Assembly: GCA_030141605.1 (NCBI GenBank)
Contig: JAQGDQ010001121.1
Span: forward strand, 1 to 26,468
DNA: 26,468 bases
Direction of reading: 5' to 3'
From: Tubiluchus corallicola
Taxonomy: Eukaryota; Animalia; Priapulida
Part shown: in pieces, positions 10,866-21,508 of the stretch
Position numbering within the stretch: the first letter of the stretch is position 1
Layout: the number at the start of each line of letters is the position of its first letter
Notes under the pieces: generated by a model
The model's input: only the letters and a program-made list of their open reading frames with translations
What the model was told of the DNA's origin: nothing
Databases searched by the model: none
Translations under genes and position numbers: made by a program

Positions 10866-12825
10866 GCTTGTAACTACTTCGAAATATTATCAATCGCAAA
10901 ACAATGAAAAAATAACTTAGGACTAAAAGCCATACAAAAAATGCAAAGAATTTTTTTGAATTGTTGTGTATGAACGACTAAAAGCATTCGTACGCTCGCA
11001 CAGCATCCACTAATGTCAGCATAAGATGATGTCATTCTTGCACAACCATAGCCGCTTGGTTAGCTGTTTATTTTTTCAATAAAACACGTATTATAGCATC
11101 CGTGAAGGTTATTGAATATTACAATAAGTGTCCTTGTATAGCAAAATATTCCACTAGGTATGAATTTCTAGATATGTGTACATTCCTGTTCTCCTATTCA
11201 ACACGATCATTTTTGGTACCTGTTTCAGTTCTACTTTATTTCTAAGCCAGTGGATGTTGAAAAAACCAAAATTAATATTATGAGAAAATAGCTTCAAAGT
11301 TTGTGTTACAATTTTCAGTAAAGTTGCATAGCAACAGAAGGAGGAGGTTTGGGGGTTTACTATCAAGTATAATTCTCTTTCTTGCAATTCGCATAAAGGT
11401 ATAACCAGTGAACTTATTTTTGATGAATTCTGAGCACTTTACTGCTTACCTCTGCATTCTGTGTTAATTTAAGTAAAGGTAAATCATAATGATTAATTTT
11501 GTCGTATGAGGTTTTAAAATTTGTTTGACTAATTTTACATTTCTTTTTACATAGTTTTAAATATTTTTTCAACTATACTAAATATACTTGCAGAGTAGTT
11601 TTGAAGTATTTCGCCAGGTAACATAATTAATTACAGGTGAGAATATTGCAAGCGTTGGTCTATAATACTAATAAAAATATAATTAAAGCTTGTGGAAATA
11701 ACTATGCCAGTTTTATAAATAATCTGCTATTTAAGTGCATAAGTGCACTCGCTCCAGGGTATCATTTCCAGGTAAACTAACCAACTGCTGTAATTACAGG
11801 TGATACAAACCCAACATTTTATGCCTTTTAAACAAGGCACAACTATAATTAGTTTTGTATAATGGTGAAACTTTAAAATTAAACAAAAACTATCAAACCA
11901 TCTGCCAAAATTGATAAAAATGTCGTAGAAATAATATGTGCCATTATGTGACTTTTCAGTATTGAGTGCAAAATCTGTAATGGTCCCAGGATGATCAACC
12001 CTAACCTAAAAATTATTAAAACTTTACAAAACCCAAAGAAAACTAAATCTCGAAGGAACTATGACGTAAAAAAGCGTAAAAACATTAAATTATTTTCTTA
12101 AGCAGCACCAATGCATATCCTAGTTTATGCCATGACTTTGTTCAACTTTGTGTCAGTAAGCAAATAAGTAAGCATCTTCATCTAACACCTTTTTTTACTT
12201 AAAAACAGTGCACAAAACAATAATATGATTATAATGATTACTGTATTCAAGACATAGTTTTAAACTGACTGGCAATAAGGGAACAAAGAACTAAAGTAAG
12301 GTTATCAAGATCAACCATCCCATGTAAGTAATGTTGTTATTAGACAAATAATAAAAATTTAATCACTAGAATCTGGTCTCAAACAATTTGTCACAGGCCT
12401 TTTTTACAAAGACATACTTACCCTATTAAGATATAGGGACCTAGAATTGAACTCGGAACCCTTCTCAATAATGCCTCAAAGCAATTGTTTGTTGATGCAT
12501 CTAATGGTTGGCCCTCGCGGGTATTTTGCAGTTTAGGCGGTTCTTTTTTAGCGTCTTCCCTGACTGCCCAAATCAAAGGTATCGCTAAAACCAGTTCTCC
12601 AATAAAAAGATGTGTCGTTTATCTACACACTGACTAAAGAAAATGAAAATATGCCGCACATTAAATAACGTTTTTTTAAAGTAGGTGTCAGCGTAGCGAA
12701 AACGAACAAAAATTAGGCATTTTACCGAAATATTTTCACTTTCGAGTCTCCAGAATGTAACTATTTTAATCTATCACTCTGCACCACAGCACAGAAACAA
12801 GCAATAAATTAATAAAAAAAGTGTG

Positions 12826-12905
12826 ACTTACCTAACCTCCGCCATTTGCGGATTCTGTGTTTAGGTGCTTATTGACTTTACTGTGCTGCTTGTGGCGTCA
12901 TCTCA
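12826..12905 (-). promoter_or_regulatory. Candidate first exon and promoter of ZNF-A
   Basis: Minus strand cgcaaATGGCGGAGGTTAG|GTAAGT: YY1/Kozak-like AAATGGCGG, perfect splice donor (GT at 12831-12830), CRE-like TGACGCCA at 12893-12900. Confidence 0.5.
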
Positions 12906-13597
12906 TGTGCAAATTTGTAATTATATTCCTACGCACGACCACATTGTATATCCTACAATCTAGATAAAGCAAATGCACAATACATGCACTAAACCAACAA
13001 AATTATTAGAGTGCTTCTACTTTAACGTTATTATTATTATTAATGTTATTATTATTACCTTTACTTTATCAAATTGTTCCAGTCCAATATGTAAAAAAAA
13101 ACAAAGATTTACAGGCTACAGTTAGTTACATGGCAATTAACAAGGTAGAATAAAAATGGCTTTATCTGCAATTGGCATACAATCAGACTGTCACCACAAC
13201 GACAAGACTCAGGACTAGTGCTTTGACTTATAAAACACTGTTTATATTTTATGTATGTACCATTTAATTATCGTGAAATACAGCGATTTTATCCAACTCC
13301 ATGATCCCACTAAGTAACAAGAATTTAAGATAAATGTAATTTCAACAATGTTTTCAACCCGTCCTGTTGAGTCATTCGCACATGGAGCAGTTTAAATGAT
13401 TTTGCTAACTAAAGAATTGATTCTACAATTACAATGGCACAACAAATTGCTTATATGTTTAAATTGTTATAAACTAACACAACTACAGCGTGTTTTGCAT
13501 ACTGAAAATTCTAAGAAGCAGATCTGCTGTACTGAGGATTAATGGTGACAAGGAATCACAGAAACAACGAAATGCATCATACATCGTACTGACACAT

Positions 13598-13721
13598 GTA
13601 TAATATTTATTTTTATGACATTAGATTAAATTTTGAGATTAGATTAGATTTATTGACAAGTATAATATTTATTTTTATGATATTAGATTAAATTTTGATA
13701 TTAGATTAGATTTATAGACAA
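13598..13721 (+). repeat. 62-bp direct duplication containing (TTAGA)n
   Basis: gtataatatttatttttatga.attagattaaattttga.attagattagattt occurs at 13598 and 13660. Confidence 0.8.
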
Positions 13722-13868
13722 ATAACTACAAGAGCAAAAGGTAAGAATTAGCAAAGAGGAAATTAGTCCAGCAAGACAATAAATGAAAATATTTAATAGA
13801 GTCCTTGTTAATATCGTTAAAAATAGTCTTGTTTCTGACAAATGCAGTTTTTTCCCCAATGACATAGC

Positions 13869-14108
13869 ACTTGCTCTTCATCTTGAACTGTACCATGTGC
13901 ACCCAGTGCACAGTCACAGACGTGTGCATGTCGTAGCCTCTGCCTCTACTTGCTCTTCATCTTGAACTGCCCATATGGACCCAGTGCACAGTCACAGACG
14001 TGTGCATGTCATAGCCTCTGCCTCCACTTGTTTTTCATCTTGAACTGCACTGTATGGACCCAGTGCACAGTCACAGATGGGTGTATGTTGCAGCCTCTGC
14101 CTCCTACT
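13869..14108 (+). repeat. ~79-bp tandem repeat x3
   Basis: acttgctcttcatcttgaactg...cccagtgcacagtcacaga...gcctctgcctc starts at 13869, 13948 and 14026. Confidence 0.85.
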
Positions 14109-14285
14109 TTTAATTTCTACAAGAAATATGTGAGCTCTGCAATGAGGTCCATTCTGATAACCTGATAACCAATGATAACCTGCTCCTATCCATTCTGATA
14201 TACCAGGTGTAGTCATTGATTATAGTTGATAGGACATAAGTGAAGGATTCATTGTTCTATAAGTTACAAAGCAGCTTTTTTCAGC

Positions 14286-14783
14286 TGTAAAGACACGTTT
14301 AAATGATTTGGCTTGTCTACATCCACAGGATTATCAGCTAGAGACAAAAAGTTGTCCGTTTAATAACTCATGGGAGTGTTGGTTTCGCGACATTGTTCTA
14401 TTGTACTAATTATAATATCGTGTTGTTGTGTTTTGTTTTGTCTTGGAAGGCTCGTATAGAAAGCCAGAAAACATGTCGTCAAATTAAACTAGTTTCATAT
14501 GCGAGAATTCTACAAGCCAAAAGTATGAAGGAACGCGAAATGTTTACAGTAAATATGATAATCTGTAAATGTGAAAGTGCATCTGAGAATACGAGGCTAC
14601 AAGACAATGCATGCACTACTACTATCTCTTGTGGCCAGCTCTGCCTTATATATCAGTGCCAAAGAACAATCTAGAAATAGAAAGTTCTCGAAACTTTTAC
14701 AAGAAGATTGTTCTACTATACTATAGAGCATTCTACAATATTCTATTTAATTCTAGTGGATCTCCACAACACGTGTTTATTCA
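14286..14783 (-). mobile_element. Possible solo LTR carrying a heat-shock element and TATA box
   Basis: TG...CA ends with an imperfect inverted repeat (tgtaaagacacgt / acgtgtttattca), clustered TTCTA/TAGAA motifs, TATATAA (14652-14646) and downstream ATTAAA (14364-14359) on the minus strand; no TSD found. Confidence 0.4.
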
Positions 14784-14980
14784 TGTTTTCCATCAGTTTC
14801 TTTAGATATTTTTGTAGTTGAAATTTAACCCATGCAAGGGGAGATGGTATATCCCTTTTCCCTATTGGCAAGGACAAAACGCAAAGTTACAACTCTGTGA
14901 ATGTTTAATACAATATGCTTTTTAGAAAGTTTGTGCAATACAAGCCAGTAAAATAACAGTAAAATAATGAAAGTTTTGCA

Positions 14981-15380
14981 TCAATGTTGCACCAACACAT
15001 GTCCTGCAAATGCATTAAAATAAGTCAATGTTGCACCAACACATGTCCTGCAAATACATTAAAATAAGTCAATGTTCCACCAACACATGTCCTGCAAATA
15101 CATTAAAATAAGTCAATGTTGCACCAACACATGTCCTGCAAATACATTAAAATAAGTCAATGTTGCACCAACACACGTCCTGCAAATACATTAAAATAAG
15201 TCAATGTTGCACCAACACATATCCTGCAAATGCATTAAAATAAGTCAATGTTGCACCAACACATGACCTGCAAATACATTAAAATAAGTCAATGTTGCAC
15301 CAACACATATCCTGCAAATACACTAAAATAAGTCAATGTTGCACCGACACATGTACTGCAAATACATTAAAATAAGTCAA
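14981..15380 (+). repeat. 44-bp minisatellite x9
   Basis: Unit tcaatgttgcaccaacacatgtcctgcaaatacattaaaataag, few substitutions between copies. Confidence 0.95.
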
Positions 15381-15554
15381 ACAGTTTCACAAAGTTTCAC
15401 AATATATTCCTTCATTATGAACATTACTTTGACCCTTTGCCTTTAGCAGACGAATACTTCTCCAACTAAAATTAACATACATATTTTTCAAATCCTAACC
15501 CTAATTTCACAAACTGAACCTAAGCTTCAATGTTGGCTTGTTGTTCCTTTGTTC

Positions 15555-15800
15555 ATCAGCCAGCTAGCCACTGAACTAGTCAACCAGCCAGTCAGTCAGT
15601 TAGTCAATCAGTAAGTCAGAGTCAGTTATTCACACCACCAGCCAGCCAACAAGCAAGTCACTCAGTTTGTCAGTAAGTCAGAAAGTCAGTTATTCACACC
15701 ACCAGCCAGCCAACCAGCCAGTCAGTCAGTTAGTCAATCAGTTCGTCAGTAAGTCGGTTATTCACTCCAACAGTCAGTTAAATAGTTTGCTAGTCAGTAA
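15555..15800 (+). repeat. Degenerate (AGTC/AGCC)n low-complexity tract 3' of ZNF-B
   Basis: Runs of agtc/agcc/agtt; a shorter related tract lies at ~6005-6090. Confidence 0.7.
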
Positions 15801-16062
15801 GTATTTATTTCACTTTGTTTTCTCTTTTTTCCATTGAGTCACTCATTCACATAATTAATGAATAACTGACTAAGCGGTTTAGTGTTTTAATGGTTGACCA
15901 GCAATCGTTTAGTTTGTTTTCACAACAGATGACCATCATGATTACAAGGTGCCCCATAAATGCATTGACTCAGTACAACTTGACCTGAATGCTTGATTTA
16001 CACTGAAATGATTAAATTGTAATTTATCTACACCAAGGTTAACATGCTGCCCACTGCCATGT

Positions 16063-17220
16063 CTATGCTGTATGAGTGTTCATGTGCCTGACAAGATTGC
16101 TTTTCCAAGAAAACGATTTGTCACATAAGTCACATTTGTGGGGTTTCAATCCAGTGTGAGTGTTCATGTGCGTGAGAAGATTACTTCGCTGAGAAAATGA
16201 TTTGTCACATAAGTCACATTTGTGAGGTTTCATTCCAGTATGAGTGTTCATGTGCACGAGAAGATTACCTCGTAGAGAAAATGATTTGTCACATAAGTCA
16301 CATTTGTGGGGTTTCATTCCAGCATGAGTGTTCATGTGCCTGAGAAGACTACCTCGCTCAGAAAATGATTTGTCACATAAGTCACATTTGTGAGGTTTCA
16401 TTCCAGTATGAGTGTTCATGTGCCCGCGAAGATGATCACGGCGAGAAAATGATTTGACACATAAGTCACATTTGTGGGGTTTCAATCCAGTATGAGTGTT
16501 TGTGTGACTGAGAAGATTACCTCTCTGAGAAAATGCTTTGTCACATACGTCACATTTGTAAGGTTTCATTCCAGTATGAGTGTTCATGTGCCTGAGAAGA
16601 CTATCTCGCTCAGAAAATGATCTGTCACATAAGTCACATTTGTGGGGTTTCATTCCAGTATGAGTGTTCATGTGATTGAGAAGATGGCCTCGCTGAGAAA
16701 ATGATTTGTCACATAAGTCACATTTGTGGGGTTTCATTCCAGTATGAGTGTTCATGTGAGTGACAAGATGACCTTGCTGAGAAAATGATTTGTCACATAA
16801 GTCACATTTGTGGGGTTTCAATCCAGTATGAGTGTTCTTGTGCGTGAGAAGATTACCTCGCTGAGAAAACGATTTGTCACATATGCCACATTTGTGGGGC
16901 TTCATTCCAGTATGAGTGTTCTTGTGCTTGAGAAGATCACCTCGCTGAGAAAATGATTTGTCACATAAGTCACATTTGTGGGGTTTCATTCCAGTATGAG
17001 TGTTCATGTGCGTGACAAGATTACCTCGCTGAGAAAATGACTTGTCACATAAGTCACATTTGTGGGGCTTCATTCCAGTATGAGTGTTCAGGTGCACGAG
17101 AAGATGACTTTGCTGAGAGAACGATTTGTGGCACTGGTCACACCTGTGAGGTTTCATACCTGTGTAAAGAGTGCTTATAAAGAGTACTTTGATGGCAAAA
17201 TGATTTCTTGCACTGACCAC
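16063..17220 (-). CDS. C2H2 zinc-finger array protein ZNF-B (13 tandem fingers), paralogue of ZNF-A; first in-frame ATG at 17157
   Basis: 13 intact fingers with TG(M/L)KPH linkers; flanks 15795-16063 and 17157-17640 are nearly identical to 6230-6499 and 7509-8000. Confidence 0.9.
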   Translation of the reverse strand: MVSARNHFAIKVLFISTLYTGMKPHRCDQCHKSFSQQSHLLVHLNTHTGMKPHKCDLCDKSFSQRGNLVTHMNTHTGMKPHKCDLCDKSFSQRGDLLKHKNTHTGMKPHKCGICDKSFSQRGNLLTHKNTHTGLKPHKCDLCDKSFSQQGHLVTHMNTHTGMKPHKCDLCDKSFSQRGHLLNHMNTHTGMKPHKCDLCDRSFSERDSLLRHMNTHTGMKPYKCDVCDKAFSQRGNLLSHTNTHTGLKPHKCDLCVKSFSRRDHLRGHMNTHTGMKPHKCDLCDKSFSERGSLLRHMNTHAGMKPHKCDLCDKSFSLRGNLLVHMNTHTGMKPHKCDLCDKSFSQRSNLLTHMNTHTGLKPHKCDLCDKSFSWKSNLVRHMNTHTA

Positions 17221-17606
17221 AGCTACAAGCTTTAAAGGCGTTTTTGCATAACTGTGAGACTAGCTTCCCCAAGAGCAGACATCACAGCTGCGAGACTTCA
17301 GTTCAGTGAAGGAGGCGACACCTGTATCAAAAAGAAAAGAAAACTAAAATTTACAGTTAAAAATGCAATATCCTTATTGAATATCATTATTAAGACTATG
17401 TAACAGGTTTAAGATTTAAGAACACCATCTAGAAACATTAGTTTATTGACACAAAACCAATTTGCAGTTACAAATATCTACATATAGAATCTACAATACT
17501 ACATTTTTGAATGTTAATAAGTAAAGCAAATAGCTAAGAATTAATTTCATTTTCTGACCATTTTTTCTCTTTTATCCTTTTGTATTTCTTCCTATTTTTG
17601 TACTCC

Positions 17607-19322
17607 TTATAAAAAGTCATGTGCTTACAATAATGCAAGGGTGGCAATTGTCCCTCTGCCTCCCCCACCCCCTGTTATACAAAGTCGGTGTGCTTACAAT
17701 AATGCAAGGGTAGCAATTGTCCCTCTGTCTCCCTCACCCCCTGTTATGCAAAGTCGGTGTGCTCACAATAATGCAAGGGGGGCAATTTCCCTCTGCCTCC
17801 CCCACTCCCTGTTATACAAAGTCTGTGTGCTTAAATAATGCAAGGGCGGCAATTGTCCCTCTGCCTCCCTCACCCCCTGTTATACAAAGTCTGTGTGCTT
17901 ACAATAATGCAAAGGTGGCAATTGTCCCTCTGCCTCCCCCACCCCCTGTTACACAAAGCTAGTGTGCTTACAATAATGCAAGGGTGGCAATTGTCCCTCT
18001 GCCTCCCCACCCCCTGTTATACAAAGTCGTGTGCTTATAATAATGCAAGGGTGGCAATTGTCCCTCTGCCTCTCTCACCCCCTGTTATACAAAGCTGGCG
18101 TGCTTATAATAATGCAAGGGTGGCAATTGTCCCTCTGCCTCCCCACCCCCTGTTATACAAAGTCGTGTGCTTATAATAATGCAAGGGTGGCAATTGTCCC
18201 TCTGCCTCCCCACCCCCTGTTATACAAAGTCGTGTGCTTATAATAATGCAAAGGTGGCAATTGTCCCTCTGCCTCCCCCACCCCCTGTTACACAAAGCTA
18301 GTGTGCTTACAATAATGCAAGGGTGGCAATTGTCCCTCTGCCTCCCCCACCCCGTGTTATACAAAGTCGGTGTGCTTATAATAATGCAAGGGTGGCAATT
18401 GTCCCTCTGCCTCTCTCACCCCCTGTTATACAAAGCTGGTGTGCTTACAATAATGCAAGGGTGGCAATTGTCCCTCTGCCTCCCCCACCTCCTGTTACAC
18501 AAAGCTGGCGTGCTTATAATAATGCAAGGGTGGCAATTGTCCCTCTGCCTCCCCCACCCCGTGTTATACAAAGTCGGTGTGCTTATAATAATGCAAGGGG
18601 GGCAAATGTCACTCTGCCTCCCCCACCTCCTGTTACACAAAGCTGGCGTGCTTATAATAATGCAAGGGTGGCAATTGTCCCTCTGCCTCCCCCACCCCGT
18701 GTTATACAAAGTCATGTGCTTATAATAATGCAAGGGTGGCAATTGTCCCTCTGCCTACCCCACCTCCTGTTACACAAAGCTGGCGTGCTTATAATAATGC
18801 AAGGGGGGCAAATGTCACTCTGCCTCCCCCACCTCCTGTTACACAAAGCTGGCGTGCTTATAATAATGCAAGGGTGACAATTGTCCCTCTGCCTCCCCCA
18901 CCCCGTGTTATACAAAGTCGGTGTGCTTACAATAATGCAAGGGGGGCAATTGTCCCTCTGCCTCCCCCACCCTGTGTTATACAAAGTCGGTGTGCTTACA
19001 ATAATGCAAGGGTGGCAATTGTCCCTCTGCCTCCCCCACCCCGTGTTATACAAAGTCGGTGTGCTTATAATAATGCAAGGGTGGCAATTGTCCCTCTGCC
19101 TCCCCCACTCCCTGTTATTCAAAGTCGGTGTGCTTACAATAATGCAAGACTGGCAATTGTCCCTCTGCCTCCGCCACACCCTGTTATACAAAGCTGGTGT
19201 GCTTACAATAATGCAAGGGTGGCAATTGTTCCTCTGCCTCCCCCACCCCCTGTTATACAAAGCTGGTGTGCTTACAATAATGCAAGGGTGGCAATTGTCC
19301 CTCTGCCTGCCCCACCCCTGTT
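17607..19322 (+). repeat. 69-bp (67-69) minisatellite x25
   Basis: Unit ttatacaaagtcggtgtgcttacaataatgcaagggtggcaattgtccctctgcctcccccaccccctg; a single monomer sits at the paralogous site 7964-8033. Confidence 0.95.
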
Positions 19323-20130
19323 GCTTTTACATAAACTCCAAATTAGTTTCTTAGGCAGCACCAACGCATACCCTAGTTTATGCCATGACTTTGTTCAACT
19401 GTGTCAGTAAGTAAATAAGCACCTCCATTTAACACCTTTTTTACTTAAAAACAATAATATGATTATAACGATTAGTGTATTCAAGACATAGTTTTAAACT
19501 GAATGGCAAAGAACTAAAGTAAAGGTTACCAAGGTCAACCATCCTGTGTAAGTAATGCTGTTATTAGACAAATAACGAAATTTCTTCACTATGAACTATG
19601 AATTTTATTCCACACATCAAAATACCATATTGTACACATTAATAAACAATAAATAAAATAATTTGAGTAGTGTGAGGTGAGTGTACGGCCATACGGTCAT
19701 TAACACACTCACCTTACTTAAATGAAATGAAAAAAATTATTAAAGTTATGCGTGCTTTTGTAGATGACTTAATGAAATTGATGCAATAAAGTAAATGATG
19801 TAATAATAGCAAGGAAACATAAGAAAAACATAATATGGAATTACGATTTTGATATAGGCTGCGATGAATGAATAATTTCATTTAAATTGATTTATACCTT
19901 TTACTAATAAAGTAACAAAGGTCGTAATGATACCTATTAGTAAAAGAAAAACATTAGTGCAAAAAGACACAAGTGCACAAAAGAGAAAAAACCTCTGGTT
20001 TTCTATGCCAATGAATATTTACTAAGTAAAAATATCTTATATTGTTTGGTAGCTATTTTTAAAGACGGAGAGGAGATGATTGTATTGGGTACACTATTCC
20101 ACAAAATAACTCCATTGTGCAGTAAGGTAT

Positions 20131-21463
20131 TTAAGCCATACGCTGTGTTAAATTGTGTCTGAAAATAGTGTCCCATACTGGAAAAATCGGGGCATGTTTA
20201 TTAAGGGTGGTTTCAAATGATTCCAAGAAATGGGAAAAAGTATTATTTACATTAAGTTGACTATTGAAAATATTAGAAAGTGAATGTCCCAAATCGCTCA
20301 GAAAATTCGCAGGAATAAATCTGTTAGTATCTCTTAATTGTATTTGAGACTTACTTTTGCTTGCATAGGAAGAGTTAAAAATTGCAAAGATAGGCAGATG
20401 GTCAGCCACTTCATACTGAATGATGCCAGCAGTGATGGGATTTTGAAACTCATTAGTATAAATATGATCAATTAAGGTTTGTGAGTTGTTAGTAATGCGA
20501 GTTGGTTGAGTGATAACCGGATGAAACCTATTTGAGAACAACATAGTTGGCAACTGAAGAAATGTCTTCGTGTTGAAGTAAATTAATATTCATGTCCCCG
20601 CAAATAAAAGCTGTCCTACCTGACGAATTGATAAAGTTTAAGATCTTTTCCATTTCTTCATTAAAGTGACTGACAGATTTGTTGGTGTGCCTGTACACGA
20701 CGCCAAATAGTATAGGTGCTTTATTTCTTGAAGTTTTTATCTTGACCCATAAATCCTCTACAGCTATTCTGCTAACAGTGTGAGGTAAGTTGGATGTATA
20801 TTTTTCGCAGTTAAACTGAATTTCATTAATAACTTTAAATTCAAGATTTTTTTTAATATATAGACCTACCCCACCTGCAGCAGTAAGCGAATCTTTTCTA
20901 AGAAAAATATACTCTGGTATGTTATAGAAAAAGGGGGTATTTTCATGTAATCTTGTTTCTGTAATAGCTATGATGTCCGGAGGATTTTGAAAATGATCCA
21001 CTGTTTCAAGCACCTCACCAAAATAGCGGCCAAGACTGCATGTATTCATGTGCACAAAGCAAAAATCATTTGTATTGTTTTTTAATTTGGTGTCATGTTT
21101 TAGCGCATCTAAAGAATAATACTTACTAGAGTACTGTACTATATAATTATCTGGATCTTGAGAATCTTCACATATGGGTGGCGGCAATGAAGAAAGATTA
21201 GTATAAGTAGATAAGCTTATAGTAGAAACATTCGTGCTGAAAATAGTTGAGAAGTCCTCTTCATCGCAGCCCTGAAATGGAAGTAAAATGTTAATACAGT
21301 TTATACAGTAGTAAGGCTCACTACTATTGCCTAAATTACGAAATTCTAAAAGGGACAACGTTGAACATTTTAAGTGTCTCCAACAGAGACAAATATTACA
21401 TTGAATAGCACATTGAGTCGGCTTGCATTCGTGGTTACAAAACAAACAAGGAAATTTTGCCAT
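20131..21463 (-). pseudogene. LINE ORF2 N-terminal part: PHD finger (C4HC3) + APE endonuclease, one frameshift near 20540
   Basis: CLFC...CNIC..WRHLKC...YYCINC; DIIAITETRL, GGVGLYIK, GVVYRH, CGDMNINLL, PTRIT..TLIDHIYT, ADHLP, KHAP. Confidence 0.88.
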
Positions 21464-21508
21464 GAAGGACTTGAATTAAGTTTCAAAGATATTAAAATAT
21501 GAGACGGC

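Larger units (their letters stand above)
8057..12085. mobile_element. ~4-kb composite insertion specific to the ZNF-A unit
   Basis: Flanks 7964-8056 and 12086-12370 are contiguous in the paralogue (~19253-19590). Direct repeat taaatta...taagcag at both junctions. Confidence 0.65.

Noticed and set aside
11996-12010. Telomeric-like aaccctaacctaa (also near 15493)
   Set aside because: Only about two units; expected by chance or within TEs.
13869-14108. 79-bp repeat as a decayed zinc-finger array
   Set aside because: Period is not 84 bp and no CxxC/HxxxH spacing can be recovered in any frame.
6499-17220. PRDM9 or KRAB-ZNF gene symbol
   Set aside because: No PR/SET, KRAB or SSXRD coding sequence is recognisable in the window; the resemblance is in evolutionary pattern only.
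17641-19410. Proline-rich or Cys-rich repeat proteins on both strands
   Set aside because: By-products of a 69-bp unit open in several frames, with frequent frameshifts; only one monomer in the paralogue.
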